A stretch of 32,000 nt of DNA from Desulfobulbus propionicus DSM 2032. Lineage in GTDB: Bacteria; Desulfobacterota; Desulfobulbia; Desulfobulbales; Desulfobulbaceae. Location: the NCBI RefSeq assembly GCF_000186885.1, contig NC_014972.1:1590001-1622000 (forward strand), written 5' to 3'. Below, in pieces: positions 10,473-20,693 of the stretch (positions are counted from its first letter, which is position 1; the number at the start of each line of letters is the position of its first letter). The position numbers and the translations under genes are program-made. The notes beneath the pieces are model-generated. The model had not been told where the DNA came from. It did not search any database and worked only from the letters and a program-made list of their open reading frames with translations.

Positions 10473-13400
10473 ATGTTCGGCATGGAAAACGCCTTTCGCC
10501 GCGCGTCGCGGAGGCGAGCAGGGTTCAACGGCTCCCGCGGAGCGGTCGAACAGGCAACGGCACCGGATGTCGTTCCATATTCGATGTTTACAATACCTGT
10601 TCGTCTCGGTATTATGGCGCCGTTCTTTGAGTCCGGGCAGCATGGATGCGCCCCGGTCAGCGTCGCGACACGCCTCCGGCATCCGTTCAAACAATCCGCT
10701 CGCTCTGGCGGCACTTTTTCATCGGCATCCGCAGTGCAAACCGAGAACCCAACGAGACCGTGCCCTCCGTTTGAATGCTCCGCCGACACAGGGGACGAGA
10801 GGTGCTATCGTCAACATTTTCTTCGTCAGGACGCGCTGGCCCTGCTCGTTCTCATTGGGTTGGTGATGGTCTTCAGCCTCCTGTGTCTTCGAGCTGATTA
10901 TCTGTTTCTTCGTGGTGATGCCGCCTTTGTCCTGGTGCTGTCGGTTCGTCTGGGGGTAATTGGATTTTCCGCCTGGACAATGGCGGTCATCCTGCGGACC
11001 AAGGAACCCCGACAACTGGACCGCTGGTCGTTTGCGTGGGGGGGGACCTGCGCCCTGGCCCATCATCTGATCGTGTTTTTCCTGCCGGCCGTGTATACCG
11101 GGTATGTCGTGGTGGACCTGCTGATGATCGTTGCCTGGTACTCGGTGCAACCCTGCCTTTCCGTTCGGGGCGTGGCTCCAGCCGTCCTGTACACCCTGGG
11201 CAGCCTCTATCTTTTTTTCAGCGTCAAGGCTGCCATGGGATTCGTGGCTTCCCTGTCGACGGTAACCGCGTATGCCGGCGCCAATACCATAGGCTGGATT
11301 GTTTCCGCCAACTGGCACCGCTACCGGAAGTCGTCCTTTCTGGCCCGGCAAACCCTGGAGCAGCTTTATCGCGCCTCGGAGGAACGCCGTCGCGCAGCCG
11401 AGTCGGCCGAGCAGGCATGGGTACGGATCATCGACACGTCCGAGAATCTGCTCTTTGTCATTGATCGAACCTTCCGGATTCTCAGGGTCAACCTGGCCTT
11501 TGCCCGGCGGCTTGGCATCAGCAAGGAGGAGGTGGTCGGCCGGCGCTGTTACGAGCTCTTGTGCCGGCACCGCGAACCGCTGCCGTCCTGTCCACTGCAT
11601 GCCATCATCCTGGACCATCAGCCGCGCACGGTGGAAACGATCCTGCCGCCATGGAATTTCGATTGCCGGATGATGGCGGCACCTCTGCTTGACGCCTCCG
11701 GCCAGCACGAGGCCACGGTGTTCATAATTCAGGATATCAGCGAGCACAAACGTTCGGAGCGGGAGTTGCGCGCCGCACGGGAGCAGTATCAATCCCTGGT
11801 GCAGAACAGTCACGGCATCATCTACACGATCAGCCCGCACGGCGTGGTCACCTATGTATCGCCCGGCTATACCAAACTGCTCGGCCATGAGCCGGATCAC
11901 ATTGTCGGCAAGCATTTCCGGGAGATCGTCCATCCCGACGATGTCGCTCTGTGCGAGGATTTTTATCGCGAGGTATGGGAACACGGCGAGATTCGCCGGG
12001 GCCTCGAATACCGGATACCGCATCGTGACGGCTCCATCCGTTGGCACCTCTCCAACTTCATCCCCCTGACCAATGAAGAGGGAGAGATTGAATCCTTTGT
12101 CGGCAACGCCATGGATATCACGGAACAGAAACAGCATCAGGCCGAGCTGCAGGCTGCCCGAGAAGCGGCGGAGGCCGCCAGTCGGGCCAAGTCCGATTTT
12201 CTTGCCCTGATCAGCCACGAGATCCGTACGCCGCTGAACGCCATTGTCGGCTTCAGCGCCCTGGCGAGGCGGACCGCCGATGGCGTGCAGCTGCGTGAAT
12301 ATGTCGACATCCTCGATCAGTCTTCCCGACTGCTGATGGATTTGGTCAACGATGTCCTGGATATGTCGAAGGTCGAGGCCGGCCAGTTGCAGCTTGAGTC
12401 CATCCCGTTCAATCTGCCCGAAGCTGTGGACCTGCTCCAATGGCAGTTTGCCCCGGTGGCTGCCCGGAAACAACTCGATTTCCAGGTGATCAGGGAGGAG
12501 ACGTTACCTCCCTGGATTCAGGGCGATCCCATCCGGTTCCGGCAGATTGCCTCCAACCTGCTCAGCAATGCCATGAAATTCACCGAAAGCGGCTGCGTGC
12601 TTCTGCGGGTCACGGCCCAGGATCAGGCTCCGGGCGTCGAAGGACGGTGCCTGGTGCGGCTGGAGGTGCGGGACACGGGCATTGGCATTGAAGCGCGGCA
12701 AATCGCCTCGCTGTTTCAACCATTTCAACAGCTCGATCCCGGTATATCCAGAAAATACGGGGGAACCGGTTTGGGCTTGGCGATTGTTCACCGGTTGGTT
12801 GAATTGATGCAGGGGCGGGTGGAGGTGGCCAGCACCCCTGGGACAGGCAGCAGCTTTACCGTGGAGCTGCCGTTTGTGCTCAGCTCGCCGCCCCAGTACG
12901 AACGGATGGCCGCCCCCCCGATTGTCCCTCTCACCATCCTGGTGATCGAGGATAATGTTTTCAACCGGCGACTGCTCCATGACACGCTTTCCTCCTGGGG
13001 GCATAAGGTCTGCGAGGCGGCAAGCGCCTTGCAGGCCATGGAGTTGCTCGACACGGGGCGATACGACTGCATTGTCCTCGATGTGCGCATGCCGGAAATC
13101 GATGGGGTGGAGTTGGCCGTGCGCCTGCGGCAGCTGGAGCGTTTGTGTCGTCTTGCGCCAACCCCGATCATCGCCTACACGGCGGATACCGAGGGAGAAA
13201 CCCGCAAACGGTGTTTGGCCGCGGGGATGCAGGCTGTTTTGTTCAAACCCCTGGACCCGCAGCTGTTGGCCCTGGCCATTGGCGAACACTGCGGGCCATT
13301 GGCGTCAACCGCGCAGCCCCCAGCCTCGGCGCCGGCATCGACCTATGGACTGCGCGAGCGTATCGTGGCTGACATGGGGCACGATACACAGCGGATGGCC

Positions 13401-13658
13401 GCTTATTTTCAGTTGTTGTGGGATGACATCGGCAATGAACTGAACCGCCTGGATCAGGCCGTCCTGCTTGAAGACCGCAAGCTTTTTCAAGAGGCCGCGC
13501 ATAGTTTGAAGGGTCTGTGCGGCTATTTACAGGACAGAGGTCCCGAGGAAGCGGCCGTGGCGCTGCATGACGGCGCATGGACCTTGCCGCTGCAGGAGAT
13601 GCACGGTTTGGTGAAACAGCTGCGCGCGCTGTGCGTCCGCCCCGTCTTGCCCGCTTGA
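10473..13658 (+). CDS. Membrane hybrid sensor histidine kinase (multi-TM sensor, PAS domains, HisKA, HATPase, receiver, C-terminal Hpt)
   Basis: Hydrophobic N-terminal segments; KSDFLALISHEIRTPLNAIVGFS H-box; DTGIGI and GGTGLGLAI ATPase motifs; TILVIEDNVFNRRLL...DCIVLDVRMPEIDG receiver; EAAHSLKGLCGYL Hpt motif. The start codon is uncertain: the first ~110 residues look non-conserved. Confidence 0.88.
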   Translation: MFGMENAFRRASRRRAGFNGSRGAVEQATAPDVVPYSMFTIPVRLGIMAPFFESGQHGCAPVSVATRLRHPFKQSARSGGTFSSASAVQTENPTRPCPPFECSADTGDERCYRQHFLRQDALALLVLIGLVMVFSLLCLRADYLFLRGDAAFVLVLSVRLGVIGFSAWTMAVILRTKEPRQLDRWSFAWGGTCALAHHLIVFFLPAVYTGYVVVDLLMIVAWYSVQPCLSVRGVAPAVLYTLGSLYLFFSVKAAMGFVASLSTVTAYAGANTIGWIVSANWHRYRKSSFLARQTLEQLYRASEERRRAAESAEQAWVRIIDTSENLLFVIDRTFRILRVNLAFARRLGISKEEVVGRRCYELLCRHREPLPSCPLHAIILDHQPRTVETILPPWNFDCRMMAAPLLDASGQHEATVFIIQDISEHKRSERELRAAREQYQSLVQNSHGIIYTISPHGVVTYVSPGYTKLLGHEPDHIVGKHFREIVHPDDVALCEDFYREVWEHGEIRRGLEYRIPHRDGSIRWHLSNFIPLTNEEGEIESFVGNAMDITEQKQHQAELQAAREAAEAASRAKSDFLALISHEIRTPLNAIVGFSALARRTADGVQLREYVDILDQSSRLLMDLVNDVLDMSKVEAGQLQLESIPFNLPEAVDLLQWQFAPVAARKQLDFQVIREETLPPWIQGDPIRFRQIASNLLSNAMKFTESGCVLLRVTAQDQAPGVEGRCLVRLEVRDTGIGIEARQIASLFQPFQQLDPGISRKYGGTGLGLAIVHRLVELMQGRVEVASTPGTGSSFTVELPFVLSSPPQYERMAAPPIVPLTILVIEDNVFNRRLLHDTLSSWGHKVCEAASALQAMELLDTGRYDCIVLDVRMPEIDGVELAVRLRQLERLCRLAPTPIIAYTADTEGETRKRCLAAGMQAVLFKPLDPQLLALAIGEHCGPLASTAQPPASAPASTYGLRERIVADMGHDTQRMAAYFQLLWDDIGNELNRLDQAVLLEDRKLFQEAAHSLKGLCGYLQDRGPEEAAVALHDGAWTLPLQEMHGLVKQLRALCVRPVLPA

Positions 13659-13675
13659 GCGAAGGAAAACAAATC

Positions 13676-15028
<1,353 letters not shown>

Positions 15029-15040
15029 TTGATGTTTGGA

Positions 15041-15083
15041 TTGTCCCGAATGGGACATTTTGTCTTGGGATGGACAATTTGTC
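15041..15083. promoter_or_regulatory. Tandem upstream activator-like sites (TTGTC-N8-GACA) with 19-bp period
   Basis: TTGTC at 15041, 15060 and 15079. The first site contains the perfect palindrome TGTCCCgaatGGGACA (15042-15057). The second is TTGTC-TTGGGATG-GACAA. The third is a half site. Confidence 0.6.
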
Positions 15084-15129
15084 TTGCTTGGCTTGGATAT
15101 ATCTCTTTGAAATAAGATAATATTTTTTT

Positions 15130-15145
15130 AGGCACGCATCCTGCT
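15130..15145 (+). promoter_or_regulatory. Sigma-54 (-24/-12) promoter
   Basis: AGGCACGCATCCTGCT: GG at 15131-15132, N10, GC at 15143-15144, close to the TGGCACG-N4-TTGCW consensus. Confidence 0.7.
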
Positions 15146-15228
15146 TCAAGCTCTCAATCCGGGGCATTTTGTCCCTTGGATGTCTTCGCGGGAACAATTC
15201 CATCCATCGGTACACAGGGGAGGGGGGT

Positions 15229-15453
15229 ATGTCGCAGCGAGCCGTTGAACATTGTATTGGCCGCCTGATCACCGACGATCAATTCCGCCGTATGGCCGGC
15301 GTGTCGCTTTCGCGGGCCTGTCTTCAAGCCGGTATCGACCTGACGCCCGCGGAAATCAACCTGCTCTCCCTGCTGGACCTCGGCTCCCTCGCCCAGGTCA
15401 GTCTCTGTCTCGACCCTGGCCTCCATCGGACCGCACGTCGTGTCGGCCAATAA
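15229..15453 (+). CDS. 74-aa small protein resembling RiPP-leader/LigA-like helical proteins
   Basis: MSQRAVEHCIGRLITDDQFRRMAGVSLSRACLQAGIDLTPAEINLLSLLDLGSLAQVSLCLDPGLHRTARRVGQ. Start placed at the ATG following AGGGGGGT. It sits downstream of a sigma-54 promoter. Confidence 0.65.
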   Translation: MSQRAVEHCIGRLITDDQFRRMAGVSLSRACLQAGIDLTPAEINLLSLLDLGSLAQVSLCLDPGLHRTARRVGQ

Positions 15454-18430
15454 CGATTCCCGTGTCGGCGGTGAAGAACCGGAGAACGACGGCCGTGCCG
15501 AGCGCGGAGCCGCCGCCTGGTGGGAACGCGGCCTCTTGTCGCTCTTCCCTCCGAGGATGCCCATCCGATGGCATTTTGTCGGCCTCTTTTCCCTGACCAC
15601 CGCCTGTATCCTGATTTTGTCCGGCCTGCTGATCTATTCGGTCGTCTATGAGAACATGCGGCGCAACATGATGGAGAAGCTCGCCGGGTCCACCGTTGCG
15701 ATCAAGGACGTGGTCGAACAGGCGGCGCAACTCGCCGTTCGCAGCCATTTGCAGGCGATCGCCCACATGAACATCGACATGCTTGACGGCTTGGAACGGC
15801 AGGTGCATGAGGGCCGATTGAGCCGGGATGCGGCCATGCAGCTGGCCAAGGAGCGCTTGCTGACGCAGCATGTCGGCGAGCGGGGGTATGTGGCGGCCAT
15901 GACAGGCGCAGGCTCGATGGTGGCCCATTCCCAAGCCCCGAACATTTCCACCGGTCCATCGCTTTCGCCCCATCTCCGGCAACAGGTGACCCTGAAAAAC
16001 GGCTACCTGGAGCAGGAATGGCAAGCCGCCGATGAGGCGGCGGCCAGCGCCAAGGGGGTCTATCTGGCCTACTTTCAACCGTGGGACTGGATCATTGCCG
16101 TTGTCGGTGTGAAGCACGAGTTCACCGTGCTCCTCGATGATCTTCGTCACGGGTTGCGTTCCCAGCATTTCGGCAACACCGGGTACGCCTTCATCGTCAA
16201 CAGCCAGGGGGACATCATTCTTCACCCTTGGCTGATCGGCAATGTGCACCGTTTGTCCAACCAGGTTGCTCGAGAGGTGTTCACGCGGATCCTCTCGATG
16301 AAAAATGGGCAATTCAGCTACCTGTGGGACGAGGAAAACGGGATGGATAAGAAGAAAAAAATCATCTTTTTCAACCATATTCCCGCAATTGACTGGATCG
16401 TGGCCTCGACCGTGTACGAGGAGGAGATGTTTGAACCCTTGACCCGGCTGGGGTGGATCATCCTGATCATTGTCTGTGGCGCCATGGGCATGGTGGTGCC
16501 GTTGTGCCTGTACCTCGGCAGCCTGATGACCCGGCCGCTTGCCCGCCTGGCCGAACAGATGCACCGCGCCGCCGAAGGCGAGATCAGCATCCGCGCCGAA
16601 GAGGACGCCTTGGGGGAGATCGGCCTGGTGGGGCATCATTTCAACCGTTATCTCGAACGGTTGCGGCAGTCGAACGAGAAAATTTTGACCGAGATTCGGG
16701 AGCGCATTCAGGCGGAACAGCAGTTGATGCTCTATCACAAGGCCTTTGAACACGCCCTGGAAGGGATTGGCATAACCGATCAGGAGGGAACACTGGTCGC
16801 CGTCAATCAGGCCTTTTGCGACATCACCGGCTACAGCCAGCCGGAACTCCTTGGGCGCAACATGCGGCTGCTGAAGTCCCACCGTCAGGACCAGTCGTTT
16901 TACCGGCAGATGTGGACCAGCCTGCGGACCACGGGCCGGTGGACCGGAGAGATCTGGAACAGGCGCAAAAACGGGGAAATCTATCCGGAAATCCTGAGCA
17001 TCAGCACCATCTACGACGAGCGTCGGGCGGTCGCCCACCATGTGGCCGTGTTCCACGACATCACCGAGATGAAGCGGCAGGAAGAGCAAATCATCCATCA
17101 GGCCTACCACGACATGCTCACCGGCCTGCCCAACCGCCTCCTGGCCAACGACCGGATCGAGGTGTCCATCGCCCATGCCAGGCGTAGCGGCAGTAAGTTG
17201 GCGGTGCTGTTCCTCGATCTGGACAACTTCAAGAACACCAATGACAGCCTGGGCCACGAGTGGGGCGATAAACTCCTGCTGGGCGTAGCCAACCGCTTGG
17301 TGTCCCAGGTACGGGAGGAGGATACCGTGGCCCGCCTCGGCGGCGATGAATTTCTTATCCTGGTGGCCGCCCTTGCCTCGGAAGAAGTGGTGATCGATTT
17401 GGCCAAACGGCTGCTGCGCAGTCTGGCCGCGCCGTTCAACATCGACGATACCGAGCTGTTCGTCACCGTCAGCATCGGCGTGGCCTTTTTCCCCGAGGAC
17501 GGGAGCAGCGCCGGCATCCTGACCAAACATGCCGATATTGCCATGTACGAGGCCAAGGCGAGGGGGAAAAACAGGTATTGCCTGTTCACCTCCGACCTGA
17601 GCGAGCGGATCGTTTTCCTCCGCCAACTGGAGAACAACCTCCGTCAGGCCGTGGGCAACCGCGAGTTCACCGTGTTCTTCCAACCCAAGATCGACCCGGT
17701 CAACGGGACGATGACCGGGGCCGAGGCCCTGGTACGCTGGCGGAAGGAGGACGGCACCATCGTCAATCCAGCCGATTTCATCCCGCTGGCCGAGGAAACC
17801 GGCCTGATCATTCCCCTGGGGGAACAGGTGCTGGAGCAGGCCTGTCACATGCTCACTATCCTGGAGCGTTTGGGCCGGCCGGAACTGTCCATCGCGGTCA
17901 ATCTGTCGCCGCTGCAGTTTGTGCAAAACAATCTGGTCGAGCGAATCCTGGCCATGCTGGACCGGCATGGAATCGCCCATGACCGGCTCGAACTGGAGAT
18001 CACCGAAACCGCGATGATGACCAATCTGGCCAAAACCGTCGATACCCTCAATCAACTGGCAGGTGCCGGCATCGCCATTGCCGTGGACGATTTCGGCACC
18101 GGCTATTCCTCGCTTTCCTATCTCAAGCGGTTTCCCATTCGCACCCTGAAAATCGATCGCTCCTTTATCCGTGATCTGACCCGCGACCCCAGCGACGACC
18201 AACTGGTGGAAACCATCATTCTCATGGCGCACAATCTGGGGATCCACGTGGTTGCCGAGGGGGTCGAATCCGCCGAGCAGCTCGAATGGCTCAAGCAGCG
18301 ACGCTGCGAACAGATTCAAGGCTATGTGTGCAGCCGGCCCTTGCCCCACGAAGCGTTCCTCGCCTTTATCGAACGGTCCGTCCCTGTGCCGGGAAACCGG
18401 GGAAACACGATCCTGGAACGATCCGACTGA
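15440..18430 (+). CDS. Cache-HAMP-PAS-GGDEF-EAL bifunctional-type cyclic di-GMP signalling protein
   Basis: Two TM segments flanking a Cache-like periplasmic region (GNTGYAFIVNSQGDIILHP); PAS; DxLTGLPNR...ARLGGDEF; EALVRW...DDFGTGYSSLSYL...EGVE. GTG start, overlapping the upstream small ORF by 14 nt. Confidence 0.93.
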   Translation: MSANNDSRVGGEEPENDGRAERGAAAWWERGLLSLFPPRMPIRWHFVGLFSLTTACILILSGLLIYSVVYENMRRNMMEKLAGSTVAIKDVVEQAAQLAVRSHLQAIAHMNIDMLDGLERQVHEGRLSRDAAMQLAKERLLTQHVGERGYVAAMTGAGSMVAHSQAPNISTGPSLSPHLRQQVTLKNGYLEQEWQAADEAAASAKGVYLAYFQPWDWIIAVVGVKHEFTVLLDDLRHGLRSQHFGNTGYAFIVNSQGDIILHPWLIGNVHRLSNQVAREVFTRILSMKNGQFSYLWDEENGMDKKKKIIFFNHIPAIDWIVASTVYEEEMFEPLTRLGWIILIIVCGAMGMVVPLCLYLGSLMTRPLARLAEQMHRAAEGEISIRAEEDALGEIGLVGHHFNRYLERLRQSNEKILTEIRERIQAEQQLMLYHKAFEHALEGIGITDQEGTLVAVNQAFCDITGYSQPELLGRNMRLLKSHRQDQSFYRQMWTSLRTTGRWTGEIWNRRKNGEIYPEILSISTIYDERRAVAHHVAVFHDITEMKRQEEQIIHQAYHDMLTGLPNRLLANDRIEVSIAHARRSGSKLAVLFLDLDNFKNTNDSLGHEWGDKLLLGVANRLVSQVREEDTVARLGGDEFLILVAALASEEVVIDLAKRLLRSLAAPFNIDDTELFVTVSIGVAFFPEDGSSAGILTKHADIAMYEAKARGKNRYCLFTSDLSERIVFLRQLENNLRQAVGNREFTVFFQPKIDPVNGTMTGAEALVRWRKEDGTIVNPADFIPLAEETGLIIPLGEQVLEQACHMLTILERLGRPELSIAVNLSPLQFVQNNLVERILAMLDRHGIAHDRLELEITETAMMTNLAKTVDTLNQLAGAGIAIAVDDFGTGYSSLSYLKRFPIRTLKIDRSFIRDLTRDPSDDQLVETIILMAHNLGIHVVAEGVESAEQLEWLKQRRCEQIQGYVCSRPLPHEAFLAFIERSVPVPGNRGNTILERSD

Positions 18431-18487
18431 ATGGTTGTCCCGCGGCGCAGCGCGTCATCCCATCTCACCCTAACTCAAGGAGGAAAA

Positions 18488-20485
18488 ATGAACATTCGAT
18501 CCATTGGTTTTCGGCTCATTGTCGGTGGCTGCCTGGCGGTGGCCCTGCCGCTTGCCGTTGTCGGCTATCTCGCGGTGTCGAAGTCCTCGACCGCGTTGAG
18601 CGATATCGCCCGAAACAACGCGGCGTCCCAGGCGCAGAAGTTGGCCACGGTTATCGAGGCCACCTTGGATGCCCAGGCGAAAACCGCGGCCGCGCACGCG
18701 GTCGACACCAATGTCCGCTTGATCGGCCAGAAGGTCAAGGAAGCGGGCCTGGAAGGGGCGGCAACCGATATCGCCCAGCTTCGGCAACAGATGAAGGACA
18801 AGTTCAAACAGCTGGACAGCAGTTATTTGGGCATCTTCGTCACCGATGCCAAGGGCTACATGTATACCGGTGAGTTGGCCAGCGGCGAGGAGTATAAGGG
18901 GGTCAACCTGGCGGACATGGACTATTTCCAAAAGGCCAAGAACAGTGGCAAGGCGGTGGTCGGCGACGTGGTCTACTCCAAGGTCACCAACGATGTCATT
19001 TATGTGCTCTGCGCGCCGATCTTTTCCTATACGGGCGAGTTTCTCGGTATTTTCGGTTTGTCGCTCAAGGCCCAGCCGCTGATGAGCCACGTGGCCACAG
19101 TCAAGGTCGGCAACTCCGGCTACGCCTTCATGTGCGACCAGAACGGCTTGATCATCGCCCATCCCAAGAAGGAGCTGGAGATGAAGCTCGACCTCAAGAC
19201 CCTGGCCGACATGGACAAGATCACCAAGGCGATGATGGCCGGGGAGCAGGGAGCGCGGGACTATATTTTCCAGGGCGTGCCGAAGATTGCCGGGTTCGCG
19301 CCGGTGCCCCTCAAGGGATGGAGCATCGCCGTCACCCAGGATGAGGCGGAGTTTTTGGCTGCTGCCAATTCGATCAGAAACAGCATCCTGTTGATCACCC
19401 TGGTGGCGGTGGCCTTGGTGTGCGGACTGGTGCTGCTCTTTTCCCGCAGCATCACCGTGCCGCTGAAGAACGCGGTCGAGGGACTGAAGGATATCGCCCA
19501 GGGAGAAGGAGATCTGACCATGCGCCTGCGGGTCAATTCCCGCGACGAGATCGGCGAACTGGCCCGCTGGTTCAACCTCTTTATCGAGAAACTGCAGGGC
19601 ATTGTCGGTGAAATTGCCGGCAACACCCGATCCATCGACGCCTCGTCCAACGACCTCGCCCGGATTGCCGCCGATCTCTCCAGCAGTTCCGAGGACACCT
19701 CGCAGCGGGCCGACAGCGTGGCCGCCGCCGCCGAGGAGATGACGGTCAATCTCAACAACGTGGCCGCAGCCATGGAACAGTCCACCACCAATACCTCGAT
19801 GGTGGCCAGCGCCGCCGAGGAGATGACCGCCACCATCGGCGAGATCGCCAACAACGCCCAGAAGGCCCACACCATTTCCCTGGCCGCGGTCGAGCAGGCC
19901 GGTTCGACCTCCTTGAAGATGGCCGAGCTGGGCAAGGCCGCCCAGGCGATCGGCAGGGTCACCGAAGCGATCACCGAGATCTCCGAGCAGACCAACCTGC
20001 TGGCGCTGAACGCCACCATCGAGGCGGCCCGGGCCGGCGAAGCGGGCAAGGGATTCGCGGTGGTGGCCAACGAAATCAAGGAACTGGCCAAACAGACCGC
20101 CGTCGCCACCCAGGACATCAAGCAACAGATCGGCGAGGTCCAGGACACCACATCGACCACGGTCACCGAGATCAACCAGATTTCCGAGGTCATCAACAAT
20201 ATCAACGAAATCGTGGCGGTGATCTCCACCGCGGTGGACGAGCAGCGATCGGCCACCCAGGAGATCGCCAACAATATCGCCCAGGCCTCCCAGGGGATGA
20301 ACGAGGTCAACGAGAATGTCAGCCAGAGTTCCCTGGTGGCGGCCTCGATCACCAAGGACATCAGCACGGTCAATGGCGCGTCAGCCGAGATTTCCAGCAA
20401 CAGCCAGCAGGTGAAGACCAGCGCCGACGATCTGCAGCGGTTGGCCGCCACCCTCAAGGCTATTGTCGATGGATTCAAAATCTGA
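18488..20485 (+). CDS. Methyl-accepting chemotaxis protein with Cache-type sensor
   Basis: N-terminal TM; periplasmic Cache-like segment ([19 protein letters not shown]); second TM; HAMP; signalling hairpin [42 protein letters not shown]. Confidence 0.95.
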   Translation: MNIRSIGFRLIVGGCLAVALPLAVVGYLAVSKSSTALSDIARNNAASQAQKLATVIEATLDAQAKTAAAHAVDTNVRLIGQKVKEAGLEGAATDIAQLRQQMKDKFKQLDSSYLGIFVTDAKGYMYTGELASGEEYKGVNLADMDYFQKAKNSGKAVVGDVVYSKVTNDVIYVLCAPIFSYTGEFLGIFGLSLKAQPLMSHVATVKVGNSGYAFMCDQNGLIIAHPKKELEMKLDLKTLADMDKITKAMMAGEQGARDYIFQGVPKIAGFAPVPLKGWSIAVTQDEAEFLAAANSIRNSILLITLVAVALVCGLVLLFSRSITVPLKNAVEGLKDIAQGEGDLTMRLRVNSRDEIGELARWFNLFIEKLQGIVGEIAGNTRSIDASSNDLARIAADLSSSSEDTSQRADSVAAAAEEMTVNLNNVAAAMEQSTTNTSMVASAAEEMTATIGEIANNAQKAHTISLAAVEQAGSTSLKMAELGKAAQAIGRVTEAITEISEQTNLLALNATIEAARAGEAGKGFAVVANEIKELAKQTAVATQDIKQQIGEVQDTTSTTVTEINQISEVINNINEIVAVISTAVDEQRSATQEIANNIAQASQGMNEVNENVSQSSLVAASITKDISTVNGASAEISSNSQQVKTSADDLQRLAATLKAIVDGFKI

Positions 20486-20693
20486 CCAATTGCCCCTGGT
20501 CGGTGCCGATCGATGAGCAGGGTTTCTAACCTCGGCGTGCGAGGTCTTCGGCGCTACGGCGGTGAAAACGAAGCGTGGAAGACCGGTTGTGCCGAAGAAG
20601 CAGGGCGGCCGCCGGGAGGTACGGCGGCCGTTGTCCGCAAGGCCAGCCGGGCCGGAGCGTCCCTGCGGCGTCACCCGGGGGGAGAACGAACCA

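Noticed and set aside
10719-12473. 584-aa minus-strand ORF opposite the hybrid kinase
   Set aside because: Shadow of the histidine kinase reading frame; no recognisable motifs.
15398-18349. 983-aa minus-strand ORF opposite the GGDEF-EAL gene
   Set aside because: The opposite strand encodes a clear Cache-PAS-GGDEF-EAL protein; this frame is a codon-bias shadow.
18435-18441. Isolated TTGTCCC half-site between the GGDEF-EAL and MCP genes
   Set aside because: Single 7-bp match with no GACA partner at the right spacing; could easily be chance.
19261-20478. 405-aa minus-strand ORF opposite the MCP
   Set aside because: Ser/Ala-rich antisense translation of the conserved MCP signalling region.
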